DNA from: Deltaproteobacteria bacterium
Lineage (GTDB): Bacteria > Desulfobacterota > Desulfobulbia > Desulfobulbales > SURF-16
Length of the DNA stretch: 64,000 nt
Reading direction: 5' to 3'
NCBI GenBank assembly: GCA_024277655.1
Contig: JAJRUT010000077.1
Span: 3,867 to 67,866, forward strand
In this document: one piece after another, positions 10,085-19,394 of the stretch
Layout: every line of letters begins with the position of its first letter
How positions within the stretch are numbered: the stretch's first letter is position 1
Translations under genes and position numbers: made by a program
The notes under the pieces: generated by a model
Told to the model about the DNA's origin: nothing
Database searches by the model: none
What the model saw: the letters and a program-made list of their open reading frames with translations, nothing else

Positions 10085-10816
10085 TCAGACGGTAAATCCG
10101 CCATCTATGTGTATCTGCTTGCCCTGCACGGAGGGTATCTTGCCGGCGGCAATAACAAGAGCTAAGGCGGCAATCTCGTCCGGCTCAACAAGCATTCCTG
10201 AGGGGATTACCTCGCGGATCTGTTGTTCCACTGCTTCCTTCGGTGCCCCCACCAATTCGGATATTTCAGCAATTCCCCGGTCAAGCATATCTCCCTGCAC
10301 GGGGCCGGGATTAAGGCTTACAGCCAGAACATTTTTATCGCCAAATTCAGCCGCAATGGAACGGGTAATACTGTCAATGCCGGCCTTTGACGCTGAGTAG
10401 GCTGTGGCCAGAGGAATGGTCTTTGTGGAGAGGGCTGAAGAAATATTGATGATGGTCAGTTGTTCTTGATAGTGGCGCAAGGCCTCACGACAGACCAGAA
10501 AGCATCCTGTGGTATTGGTGTGTAAAAGTTCATTAAAGTCAGATATTTCAAGGGCGGTAAAGGGCTTTAGGTGGCTGAAGATACCAGCACAATTAATGAT
10601 AACATCCGGAAAGGCGGGAAGATTAGTGAAGGCATCTGCAACCGCATCTTCGTTTGTGGTATCAACAATGTGCAACTTGAAATTTGTATTAATATCATTA
10701 ATATCCCAAAGGGTAACGGTTGCTCCTGCGTCTTTTGCCTGACTGGCAATGACTTGGCCAATTCCACCAGCGCCGCCTGTAATAAGGATATGTTTGTTTT
10801 TTAGTTGCTTGCTCAT
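10085..10816 (-). CDS. SDR-family oxidoreductase (3-oxoacyl-ACP reductase-like)
   Basis: TGGAGGIG cofactor motif, NCAG, and catalytic YSASK (YxxxK). Confidence 0.8.
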   Translation of the reverse strand: MSKQLKNKHILITGGAGGIGQVIASQAKDAGATVTLWDINDINTNFKLHIVDTTNEDAVADAFTNLPAFPDVIINCAGIFSHLKPFTALEISDFNELLHTNTTGCFLVCREALRHYQEQLTIINISSALSTKTIPLATAYSASKAGIDSITRSIAAEFGDKNVLAVSLNPGPVQGDMLDRGIAEISELVGAPKEAVEQQIREVIPSGMLVEPDEIAALALVIAAGKIPSVQGKQIHIDGGFTV

Positions 10817-10835
10817 AATCTTACTATTGGTTCCA

Positions 10836-10900
10836 ATTTTTTGGGGGTATCTGTCTGCCGAAATTATTATGAAAATTGATATTGTAAAGGTTTAGCCACA
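10836..10900. repeat. Approximately 64-bp intergenic repeat element, copy 1 (copy 2 at 29823-29885)
   Basis: ATTTTTTGGGGGTATCTGTCTGCCGAAATTATTATGAAAATTGATATTGTAAAGGTTTAGCCACA. By eye it differs from copy 2 by 4 mismatches and 2 single-base indels. It lies 20-85 nt upstream of the SDR start on the minus strand. Confidence 0.85.
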
Positions 10901-10932
10901 TTAACGTTGAACGTTGGAAGTTGAACGTTCAG
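10901..10932. repeat. Heptamer-periodic array (minus strand reads GAACGTT CAACTTC CAACGTT CAACGTT)
   Basis: Read directly from the sequence. It abuts the 64-bp element and lies just 3' of the LuxC-like gene. Confidence 0.7.
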
Positions 10933-10939
10933 TATTTCT

Positions 10940-12327
10940 TCATCTCTCCATTTCCATATCAAGCCAGCGTACCATCTCGGAAAAACTGGAGATGCCATCA
11001 TGTTTCCAACGCATGGATGGTCGATGCATAAGCCCCGGTCTGGTGATACGTGATGCGCCGAGCCGTCCCAACTGTTCGGCTAATGCATACCTCGTTTGCT
11101 CATCCGTTTCAATGCCAACGTTTTGCAGTACCGAGCCAAAGGGGGCCAGGATGGGGAGAACGTCGTCCAGGGAGTCCACGGGGCAGACCTTAATAAACCG
11201 GGTGGGCAGCACTGAAGTAAAGGCGGGATCAGGGTCAATGATGATGGTGGCCGGCCCTTTTTCAAAGAGTTCATAGCCCTCCTGCTGACTGGCTTTAAAG
11301 CGGGCAAGGTTACGCTCCATACCCAGAGACGCGCCGGTGTCCACACTCATTATTGATGGGGGCAGGCTGGTTTCCAGTTCCAGTAGCGCCTCTTCAAGCA
11401 GGTGGCAAAAGGCGGAAAGGGAAAGGGTGCTGCCCCGTTCTACATAGGCGATCTGCGGGGCAATGCAGGCCCGCTGGTCAAAGACGGCGATGTCCATGGC
11501 AACACGGCTCGCCAGATCCTTTGCCATACTTTCATCAGCGAGAGAATCTTTGCTAACAAGAAGTACGCCGATTTTATGGCCATGTTCAATGATCTTCTTC
11601 TGACCGCCGATGCGTTTACGTAAGGTATGAATTGTCTCCTCTCCGCCGTAGAGCATGACGGTTTCACACGGCCCAAACATGGCATCCTCCAGAGGGATAT
11701 TGCCGCCCTGGAAGTGGCAGAGCGCCACACACTCACCAAGTTTGGCTCAATCCGGGTAACTGATTTAATCCAGGCCGGGCCAAAGAGGGGCTCATCACTG
11801 GCAAGTTTGGCGATGAGCGGGGCTTTTACCATAAGGGAGCGCACCATGGGCAGATAACTTAACCCTGGAACATTGGCGGTGAGAATTCCCGCCACCATAT
11901 TTGGCCCGAAACAGCGGGTTTTATCACCAAGCTGTTTATTAAAGACAAAGCCGTCCAGGGCTTTATGATCGCCCAGATCACGATCCATGGCGGCAAGGAT
12001 GTCATCGGTACTGGAGTTGCCCTGTTCAACCGAGATGGAGTGACTGACCACCTCTTGTGACAGCCCCGTAAGATTGGCAATCCCCTGGCAGAGTGTCGAT
12101 TTTATCTCGCTATCGGTCTGCCAGAAGTCAGCCACCCTGCCAAAGATTTCGGCCAGATCATCGGTACTGAATTGGCGGAGGATCTCCCGACCTTGCTGGA
12201 GTGTATCGGTGGCGTGTTTGACGTCGGAAGCCGTGAGCCGTGGCAGGATAATGGTGGTGTCAGCAACAACCCGTTTATACGTCTCCCCTGTAAAGCCTGG
12301 GATGTGAAAGCCGGTAAAAATTGCCAT
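10940..12327 (-). pseudogene. LuxC-like acyl-CoA (acyl-protein) reductase, interrupted by a 1-nt frameshift near 11741-11750
   Basis: Two overlapping ORFs (11440-12327 and 10940-11728) together give about 460 aa, the LuxC size. The sensible sequence ends at ...AWIKSVTRIEPNL in one frame and resumes at (K)LGECVALCHFQGGNIPLE in the other. The junction sits at a short A/T run (TTT at 11741-11743). Confidence 0.7.
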
Positions 12328-13376
12328 TAGCGCATCTCCTCAAGGGACAGGGAACAGCCACGGGGTGCCGAACCTGAAGCACGGCCAAGGAGTTCAAAAC
12401 CGTCCTCGTGGCGGATGGCAAGATCATCGGTGAGGATGACAAACGGCTTACTGATATTGGCCAGATCGTATAAAACGGCGACGCCCTGCTCTCCGACACC
12501 TACGTTGTGTAGGGTGAGGGGATGACAGACCCTAACCCTGGTCCAGTGGGGAGGTTGCTTGGGCCCGCCTGCCTGGGAATAAAACTGTGAGCCTAGTTCG
12601 GTCAGGCCGTACAGGTTGAAGCAGAGCTTTTCGGGGACGTTAAAAAAACGACTGGTCAGTTCCACAAAATCAGCCCGGTTCAGCTCCCTGCTCCTCCCCT
12701 TAAAGCCTCCGGCATCAAGGAGGCGACTTCCTTCCGGTAAGGGCATGGTCTGGATGTTTTCGGAGATAGCATCTATAAAATTAACAAAACCAAAACTGCC
12801 GCCAATAATGGTGATCGGCACATTCTCGGCAATGGCCCTCTTGATATAGGCACCGGCCTCCTTGACCAACAATTGTCCCTGTTGGACTGCAAAGAGAGGG
12901 GGCTCAACCCCCCACCGTTGGCCAATGCGGTTCATCCCGTAGGCCATAATGATATTCGGTGCCTCATCTGGGGAGGGAACCAGCATCAGAAAACGGGTTT
13001 TTCGCTCATCGGCACAGAGCTGGTTGTGGCAATTTTGGAGGATGGAGGTTTCCATCACGTGAAGATCAATATCATCAAAGCAGGATGTTCCCCGCCCCTT
13101 GCCACTGGTGCCAATGGTCTGAAAGGTTATTTTAGCCTGCTCTCCGGCGAAAAAACAGGTTTCTTTAAAGACGTTGAGACCAATGGGGGGGATGGCGGTG
13201 ATGTCCGGCAGGTTTTCAGGGGTTACACTAAGACCATCGTAATAGAGGCGAGCCTGGGCAATATGCTGATACTGGAAGGCGAATAGTTCACGGGCCAGCG
13301 GGTCAAAATTATTCGTGTTTTCATTCCGGATGAAATCGCCTATGCGCCGGGCGATCTGTTCTTTGGCCTGAATCAT
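12327..13376 (-). CDS. LuxE-like acyl-protein synthetase (adenylate-forming)
   Basis: About 350 aa from MIQAKEQIARRIG. TSGKGRG phosphate-loop-like motif. C-terminal ...GRASGSAPRGCSL. The ATG at 13376 lies 2 nt after the upstream stop. Its stop overlaps the LuxC start (TAATG). Confidence 0.6.
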   Translation of the reverse strand: MIQAKEQIARRIGDFIRNENTNNFDPLARELFAFQYQHIAQARLYYDGLSVTPENLPDITAIPPIGLNVFKETCFFAGEQAKITFQTIGTSGKGRGTSCFDDIDLHVMETSILQNCHNQLCADERKTRFLMLVPSPDEAPNIIMAYGMNRIGQRWGVEPPLFAVQQGQLLVKEAGAYIKRAIAENVPITIIGGSFGFVNFIDAISENIQTMPLPEGSRLLDAGGFKGRSRELNRADFVELTSRFFNVPEKLCFNLYGLTELGSQFYSQAGGPKQPPHWTRVRVCHPLTLHNVGVGEQGVAVLYDLANISKPFVILTDDLAIRHEDGFELLGRASGSAPRGCSLSLEEMR

Positions 13377-13378
13377 TG

Positions 13379-13813
13379 TCACATTTCCACCGGTTCGACC
13401 AGACCAATGGTAAAGCGGCCCTTGCCTAGTTCCTGTTGCTCCACCATAATATTTCCTGAGGCCAGAATAAGACTGCCCCATATTTTGATGATGGACACAT
13501 GGGCCGCAATGATATCCCCAGGTTTAGCCCGGCCTGGGCAATCCAGGTCAAACCCCGCCAGATAGCCCTGACCAAGATTGTCAGGATTTGGGGCATCTGC
13601 CGCACAGATCATGGCACAGGTCTGGGCCATGATCTCAATAAAAAAAGAACCGGGCAGGGTCATGTCACTGCCGGTGAGCCACGTCTCATTGGCTGTGACC
13701 AATTTATATCCTACGCCGGATTTTCCAGGGATAATATCCATGACCTTATCAATAAAGAGAAAGGGGGCACGGTGGGGGAGGATTTTTTTAATATCGGCGA
13801 TTGATAAGTTCAT
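13379..13813 (-). CDS. FabZ/FabA-like beta-hydroxyacyl-ACP dehydratase (hotdog fold)
   Basis: 144 aa. ILPHRAPFLFIDKV matches the FabZ LPHRxPFLLVD motif. Confidence 0.8.
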   Translation of the reverse strand: MNLSIADIKKILPHRAPFLFIDKVMDIIPGKSGVGYKLVTANETWLTGSDMTLPGSFFIEIMAQTCAMICAADAPNPDNLGQGYLAGFDLDCPGRAKPGDIIAAHVSIIKIWGSLILASGNIMVEQQELGKGRFTIGLVEPVEM

Positions 13814-14004
13814 ATTTTATTTAGTGGAATACAAGGAATTAAAGAAGGTAGCGGCAGATAAAGAATGACGATTGGCACCATTTATTGTTTCTGTGTAGGG
13901 GTAAAACCTTCGCCTTTCGGAGTATCGTCCCTCACTTACCGGGCGGATAACAGCGAAGAGGTGTCTATTTTGCTAGCAGTCGTCGCGTTGCTACTGTTTT
14001 CTTT

Positions 14005-14040
14005 GAACGTCCAACATCGAACTTCCAACGTCCAACGCTG
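14005..14040. repeat. Heptamer-periodic array GAACGTC CAACATC GAACTTC CAACGTC CAACGCT
   Basis: Read directly from the sequence, inside the 454-bp gap between the FabZ-like and rSAM genes. Confidence 0.7.
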
Positions 14041-14267
14041 AATATGGAACTTTACTTTATCAAAACAGACAGTCGTCGCGTTTCCATATCGGAGTCTCAC
14101 AGGTTCGCTTACCTCGATGTTAATTTGTTTGTTGTACTGTTAATAAAACCAGCCTGTGCCGGTGAGGGACTTCTCGAAGTCTCGTTGCCCTCGCTGGTCG
14201 GTCCGCATTTTAACCCACCTGCTTGAGCGGGTGGTAGTTGAGTTTCTTTATCTTCCGCTTTTCTTCT

Positions 14268-15602
14268 CTAGATTTGTCCACACGGCAATCCGGCTGATAC
14301 CGATTTAAACCGTCTATATGCCTTACGGATCGCCGGCACATGACCAAAATTCATCGGCATAAAGATGATGTTTGATCGGCGTTTTAGCGAGGATAACCTA
14401 AATAACCGGCGTATGGTGGAGGACATGGAGTAGAACCCCTTATTGACCTGCCAGAATCCTTCCTGGAGTTCTTTGACGCTCATTCCCTTGGGTTGGTAGA
14501 CCACGGTGGCCATATCGTAGAGCGACCAGTCTGTGGTGAGGATTCGGCCCTCTTTTTCAAGCCGGTCATGGATACGGGTGCCGGGGAATGGGGTTAAGAC
14601 TGGTAAGAATGCGCCGTCAACCGCGGTCTTGTTTGCAAAGTTTAAATACTGGTCAAACACGGCGGGAGTATCGTGATCGTAGCCGAAGACAAAGGAACCA
14701 TAGACGCCGATGCCCTTGGCGTGGATACGCTTAATTGCCTCTTCGTAGAACTCCACTGCATTTTGTTTCTTACCCATAATCTCGATGTTTTTGGAGTTCA
14801 GGCTCTCAAAACCGATAAAAATACCGTGGCAGCCGGCCTCCGCCATTTTTTGCAGAAGTGCGTCATTTTTGGCAATGGGCAGCGGCGCCTGACAGACCCA
14901 GCGCAACCGCTGGTTTTTTAACTCCGAGAGCAGGGCGTCCGTGTGTTTGTTATGGGCAATGAAATTATCATCCACAAAGAAGATATAGCCCGGTTGCCGG
15001 GCCAGACTCTGAACTTCCGCGATAACCCGCTCCACCGGACGGGGCCGATATGTCCCGCCAAAAAAGGTGGTAACGGTGCAAAACTCACATTTATATGGGC
15101 AACCCCTGGTGGTTTGGATCATGTTTTCAAAAAAGTATTTCTTGGTGGGGTATAAACTGCGATTGGCGGTGGGGATAATCGCCATATCGGTATATGCCGA
15201 CTGGCGATAGGTGGCTTTAAGACAATTTTCCTCGACATCGGCCAAAATGGTCGGCCAGATTTCATCCGCCTCGCCGATAATGACGGAATCTACATGGGCG
15301 GCGGCCTCAGCCGCCATATTCGATACATGGATTCCCCCCATCACAACCTTGATGCCCCGCTTACGAAAGCCATCGGCAATCTCATAACCACGGGGAGCAA
15401 GGGGGGTCATGGCGGTAATACAAACCAGATCAGGGCTGATGGAGGGATCAAAATCCTGGATCGACTCATCAATATATGTAATCTTATGGCGGTCAGGGGT
15501 CATGCCCGCAAGGGTGGCTAAGGCCAGGGGCGGGAATTTGAAGAAGAGGACATCCCAAAAACTGCCCTTGGGCCAGCCGGGAACGATAAAAAGAATATGC
15601 AT
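14268..15602 (-). CDS. B12-binding domain radical SAM protein (about 450-aa TTRGCP subtype)
   Basis: TTRGCPYKCEFCTV. N-terminal LVCITAMT...VVMGGIHVS B12-like region. GFESL block. Paralog of 29947, 33977 and 43025. Confidence 0.85.
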   Translation of the reverse strand: MHILFIVPGWPKGSFWDVLFFKFPPLALATLAGMTPDRHKITYIDESIQDFDPSISPDLVCITAMTPLAPRGYEIADGFRKRGIKVVMGGIHVSNMAAEAAAHVDSVIIGEADEIWPTILADVEENCLKATYRQSAYTDMAIIPTANRSLYPTKKYFFENMIQTTRGCPYKCEFCTVTTFFGGTYRPRPVERVIAEVQSLARQPGYIFFVDDNFIAHNKHTDALLSELKNQRLRWVCQAPLPIAKNDALLQKMAEAGCHGIFIGFESLNSKNIEIMGKKQNAVEFYEEAIKRIHAKGIGVYGSFVFGYDHDTPAVFDQYLNFANKTAVDGAFLPVLTPFPGTRIHDRLEKEGRILTTDWSLYDMATVVYQPKGMSVKELQEGFWQVNKGFYSMSSTIRRLFRLSSLKRRSNIIFMPMNFGHVPAIRKAYRRFKSVSAGLPCGQI

Positions 15603-15882
15603 ATAGTTTAGATAATACCTGAAATTTAAGGGACATAATTGCTACGAAAATAATTGTTATACCCTTTTTCATGGCCTGTAAATCTCTATTTATGGCGATA
15701 TCGGTAAAAAAACGGGCAATTGTCTCGATAGGAGAATATAAACGTGTAAAATAAGGGGTTTTTTAGTTGAAGTTGGCAAATCTGAGCAAAAACTCTTTAC
15801 CATAAAACGTCTATCCAATATATTGACTAGATTGGGGTTTGGCGTCAATTTCATGTTCATGTTTTATTTCAGGAGAGATTAA

Positions 15883-16545
15883 ATGAAGAATATTCTGTAT
15901 GTACTCGTTGTGGTAACAGCATTTTTCGCCCTGAACGGTTGTGGTGGCTCCAGGTCAGGCTCCACCGTTGCCCTGGCCCCGGATCAGGTGTCGAAACTAG
16001 CCGATTTCCCGGCCAATGGTTTTGATCACAAGGTTTACCGGGCCGGAATGTCCAAGGTGGCCACCAACACCCTGTACTGGCAAGATCCCAAGGCTCGTTT
16101 GGGTGATTATCACTCGGTAAAAATTGAAGGCCCAACCGATAAATACCTACCCATCAATGCCAGTTTTGTTCATAAGCCCTACGTCACCGCATTTGGTAAG
16201 GCGTTTAATACTAACCTTGATCTGAAACAGAGTTCAGGCGCAAAGAGTCTCAGGCTGGTTGTGGCGGTGGTTGAATGCAATCCCGGTAGTCGCGCTGCCC
16301 GCTACTGGGTTGGCATGGGAGCCGGTAGGGCGGCTGCTACGGTTGTGGTTGAGGTGTATGAACCTGGTAAGTCCACTCCTTCCCTTAAAATTTATGCCCG
16401 TGACACAGGGTCTGCCGGTATGTTTGGTGGAGATTCCATGTCTATGATGAACCATATCTACGAAACCATGGCAATCCGCGTCACCACCGTCCTTGAGGGA
16501 CGGATTGATGTGGCTAAGATCGGCCGCAAGGGTAAGAATATTTAA
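15883..16545 (+). CDS. Putative lipoprotein, unknown function
   Basis: Signal peptide ending in the lipobox-like FFALNGC. AGGAGAG Shine-Dalgarno just upstream of the ATG. First gene of the plus-strand operon. Confidence 0.55.
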   Translation: MKNILYVLVVVTAFFALNGCGGSRSGSTVALAPDQVSKLADFPANGFDHKVYRAGMSKVATNTLYWQDPKARLGDYHSVKIEGPTDKYLPINASFVHKPYVTAFGKAFNTNLDLKQSSGAKSLRLVVAVVECNPGSRAARYWVGMGAGRAAATVVVEVYEPGKSTPSLKIYARDTGSAGMFGGDSMSMMNHIYETMAIRVTTVLEGRIDVAKIGRKGKNI

Positions 16546-16605
16546 GGTGAGAAGTGAGGACCTGTTTTTCGTGTCGTAATAATAACCCATTGCTCAAGGT
16601 ATTAC

Positions 16606-16869
16606 ATGTCTGACCAAGTACTTGTTGATGAATTAAAGCAGCTCGTTGTAACCGCTCTGCGGATTGAAGATTTTGATCCGCAGGAAATTAAAGATGAAGA
16701 ACCTCTGTTTGGTGATGAAGGACTCGGCCTTGACTCGGTGGATGCCCTGGAACTTGTTGTTCATATTGAACAGCAATACGGGATTCAGATTGAGGATGAG
16801 GAGGTGGGGCGCAAGGCCTTTGCCTCGATCAATGCTCTGGCTGAGTTTATTGCTGAGAAAAAAGGCTAA
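16606..16869 (+). CDS. Acyl carrier protein
   Basis: 87 aa and acidic. Phosphopantetheine attachment motif GLDSVDALEL. Confidence 0.85.
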   Translation: MSDQVLVDELKQLVVTALRIEDFDPQEIKDEEPLFGDEGLGLDSVDALELVVHIEQQYGIQIEDEEVGRKAFASINALAEFIAEKKG

Positions 16870-17000
16870 ATTGCCAGGGTGACGGCTAGAGGGTGAAGGG
16901 TGAAGATGCCTGTTGGCATTATATCTTTCATCCTTTTTTTATCTGTGCAACCTTGTTGCTCCGGTTGCTGTTTTGTAGCACTCGGTCAGGTGGAATTCCC

Positions 17001-17450
17001 ATGCATATTTTTGAGACAGAGGTGAAGGTACGTTTTAACGAGGTGGATCAGTGGGGTATTGTCTATTATGCCAACTATCTCACCTATGTTGAGGTTGCCC
17101 GGGCCGAGTTGTTTGAAAAGGTTGGCCTGTTGCCAACGTTGCTGTCCAGGACGGGGTTTACCGCGCCCATTGTTAGCCTGCAAGCCAATTTCCGCTCATC
17201 GGCTGTATTTAACGATACTCTCGTCGTTAAGCTGCATCTCATTCCCCAGATCACCGCAAAGCTTGTCTTCGGTTTTACAATTTTAAGTAAAGACACGGGT
17301 CAGGTGGTGATGGATGGCGAGTCAACCCAGGTTTTGTTAAATGAGAAGGGGTTTATGGTGTTTGTTTTAAACGCTGAGCTTGCAGGTAAAATAAAGGATC
17401 TTCACGATTTTTTCGGGCTTGAAATGTTGGAAAAGCAATCATCTATATGA
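17001..17450 (+). CDS. 4HBT/YbgC-type acyl-CoA/ACP thioesterase (hotdog)
   Basis: From the internal ATG at 17001: MHIFETEVKVRFNEVDQWGIVYYANY, a typical 4HBT N-terminus. The ORF track starts upstream at a GTG (16893). Confidence 0.7.
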   Translation: MHIFETEVKVRFNEVDQWGIVYYANYLTYVEVARAELFEKVGLLPTLLSRTGFTAPIVSLQANFRSSAVFNDTLVVKLHLIPQITAKLVFGFTILSKDTGQVVMDGESTQVLLNEKGFMVFVLNAELAGKIKDLHDFFGLEMLEKQSSI

Positions 17451-18241
17451 AAACCTGTATTCTCCTCCCAGCCTATAATGTCGCCTCCACCCTGGCTGAA
17501 CTAATCGAAGAGCTGTTATGCTATGATCACGCCATACTTGTTATCAATGACGGTTCGTTGGACGGGACACAGGCGGTTGCCGAGAACTACGTTGGTGAGC
17601 GGCTAACGCTTTTGAATCACGCTAAAAATTATGGTAAGGGCAGAGCGCTGCGTACCGGGTTTGCCTGTGCTATGGAGCAGGGGTTTGAGATGGTGGTGGC
17701 TATGGATTCTGATCTCCAGCATGCCTCGTCTGACCTGCCGGGGTTATTGGAAATATTTCAGGCCCATAATCTTGATCTTCTGATTGGTGACCGGATGCAC
17801 GACCAAGTCGATATGCCGATGATGCGGCGGTTGGGTAACTGGTTTTCGAGTTGGGGGACGGGGAACTTTTGCCATCAGCATATCTTTGATGCCCAATGTG
17901 GTTTTCGACTTTTTCGGCTGGATACGTGCAAAAAAATGCTCGGTGAGTTAAAGCTAGACCGCTACGTTTCTGAAAGCGAAATGCTGGTGCGGGCGTCCAT
18001 GAATTGTCTGCGGATCGGTTTTTCCCCCATCACTGTCATTTACCCCGAAGATCTGGAGCATAAATCGTTTTATCGGCCGTGGGTTGATACCTACCGGATT
18101 GTTTATTATTTCACTGGCGAGTTGTTGCGGCGTGTTTTTACCCTGCGTGGTCGTCAAGAGTTACGAGAATTAAATCAATATGTCAAAAGTTGTCGTGACT
18201 GGCCTCGGTATTATCTGCTGTCTGGGGAAAAACGTTCATAA
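17447..18241 (+). CDS. Family 2 glycosyltransferase
   Basis: ILLPAYNVASTL...VINDGSLDGT...MDSDLQH (DxD-like), typical of the GT2 N-terminal domain. 4-nt overlap with the thioesterase gene. Confidence 0.75.
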   Translation: MKTCILLPAYNVASTLAELIEELLCYDHAILVINDGSLDGTQAVAENYVGERLTLLNHAKNYGKGRALRTGFACAMEQGFEMVVAMDSDLQHASSDLPGLLEIFQAHNLDLLIGDRMHDQVDMPMMRRLGNWFSSWGTGNFCHQHIFDAQCGFRLFRLDTCKKMLGELKLDRYVSESEMLVRASMNCLRIGFSPITVIYPEDLEHKSFYRPWVDTYRIVYYFTGELLRRVFTLRGRQELRELNQYVKSCRDWPRYYLLSGEKRS

Positions 18242-19394
18242 CGTCTGGCCCCGTTTGTTGACCGGGGAAACCCGTTTTCAGCCCATCTCTTTGCCCGGTT
18301 TTGACACCTTTGTAAATCGTATAGGCGGTGAGGTTGATTCCGCCGATCTTGCAGATGCTAATCCTGCCCTTTCCCGTCACGCACAACTGGCCCATATTGC
18401 TGCTGCCGAGGCTGTTTCTGATAGTGGACTTCTTGCTGATAATTATTATACCCCTGATGATATCGGTGTCTTTGCCGGTGTTGGCGCGGCGGGGATGCTT
18501 GAGGCTGAGGACTGGCTTGCCAACCGTGATGGTACGGGGCGTCATTTTCCATCGGTAAGACTGCACGGTTATCCTGCCTCATCCCTTGCAGACTCACTCT
18601 GTGCTGAATATGGGTTGGCCGGATCAAAACTTTCGGTGGCCACCGCCTGTTCGTCCAGTTTGACAGCGCTTGGCCTCGGATTTGATCATATTCGCCATGG
18701 CCGGGTGAAGGCGGCAGTTGTCCTTGGTGGCGAGGGGCTCAGTCGCTTGACCTACGGTGGTTTTCATGCCCTGCGCTCCATTGCCCCGCAAAAATGCCAA
18801 CCCTTTGATCAAAATCGTCTGGGTATCTTTCTGGGCGAGGGTGGAGGATGTCTTATTCTTGAGGAGTATGACGCGGCGGTGGCGCGTGGGGCGAAAATTT
18901 ACTGCGAGGTGAGCGGTTGGGGACTTAGTTCCGACGGCTATCATATGACTGCGCCGGAACCGGATGGCAAGGGGGCGGTACAGGCTATGGAGATAGCGTT
19001 GCACCAATCCGGTCTTATTCCTGCCGATATCGGCTATATCAACCTGCACGGCACCGGCACCATCCATAACGATCTGGCCGAGACAAACGGCGTCAAGGCT
19101 GTGTTTAAGGAGCATGCCCGGAAGATTTTACTATCTTCAACAAAAGCCATGACGGGCCATTGTCTGGGGGCGGCAGGAGCCATTGAATCTGTATTTACGG
19201 TGCTGGCACTTCACCACGAGTATTGCCCGCAAACGGCATCTTTGTACACGCCTGATCCGGCCTGTGACCTGAATTATCTACCCCGCGCCTCACAGCCCTG
19301 CCAGGGTGTGCGCCACATGATGAATAACGTTCTGGCCTTTGGTGGCAATAATGTTGCCGTGGTGTTTTCCAGGATGGGGGGGCTTCATGGCTGA
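18180..19394 (+). CDS. Beta-ketoacyl-ACP synthase (KS, FabF-like)
   Basis: MSKVVVTGLG. Active-site ATACSSS. HGTGT and GHCLGAAG His motifs. Confidence 0.9.
   Translation: MSKVVVTGLGIICCLGKNVHNVWPRLLTGETRFQPISLPGFDTFVNRIGGEVDSADLADANPALSRHAQLAHIAAAEAVSDSGLLADNYYTPDDIGVFAGVGAAGMLEAEDWLANRDGTGRHFPSVRLHGYPASSLADSLCAEYGLAGSKLSVATACSSSLTALGLGFDHIRHGRVKAAVVLGGEGLSRLTYGGFHALRSIAPQKCQPFDQNRLGIFLGEGGGCLILEEYDAAVARGAKIYCEVSGWGLSSDGYHMTAPEPDGKGAVQAMEIALHQSGLIPADIGYINLHGTGTIHNDLAETNGVKAVFKEHARKILLSSTKAMTGHCLGAAGAIESVFTVLALHHEYCPQTASLYTPDPACDLNYLPRASQPCQGVRHMMNNVLAFGGNNVAVVFSRMGGLHG

Noticed and set aside
14044-14226. 60-aa plus-strand ORF in the FabZ-like/rSAM gap
   Set aside because: It has no Shine-Dalgarno sequence, lies opposite to both neighbouring genes and has an unremarkable translation. 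The gap is better described by its repeat array and a weak hairpin (CCACCTGC..GCGGGTGG around 14213-14236).
13814-15882. Cobalamin riboswitch upstream of the B12-dependent rSAM operons (also checked at 22758-23279, 31351-32366 and 33651-33976)
   Set aside because: I could not find a B12-box-like sequence or the expected conserved core by eye. This needs an Rfam or Infernal scan to exclude properly.
18180-18241. 62-nt overlap between the GT2 3' end and the KS start as a possible frameshift or fusion
   Set aside because: The KS N-terminus (MSKVVVTGLG) is canonical from this ATG, and the GT2 frame reads through to its own stop. It is probably a genuine overlap and nothing suggests an error.
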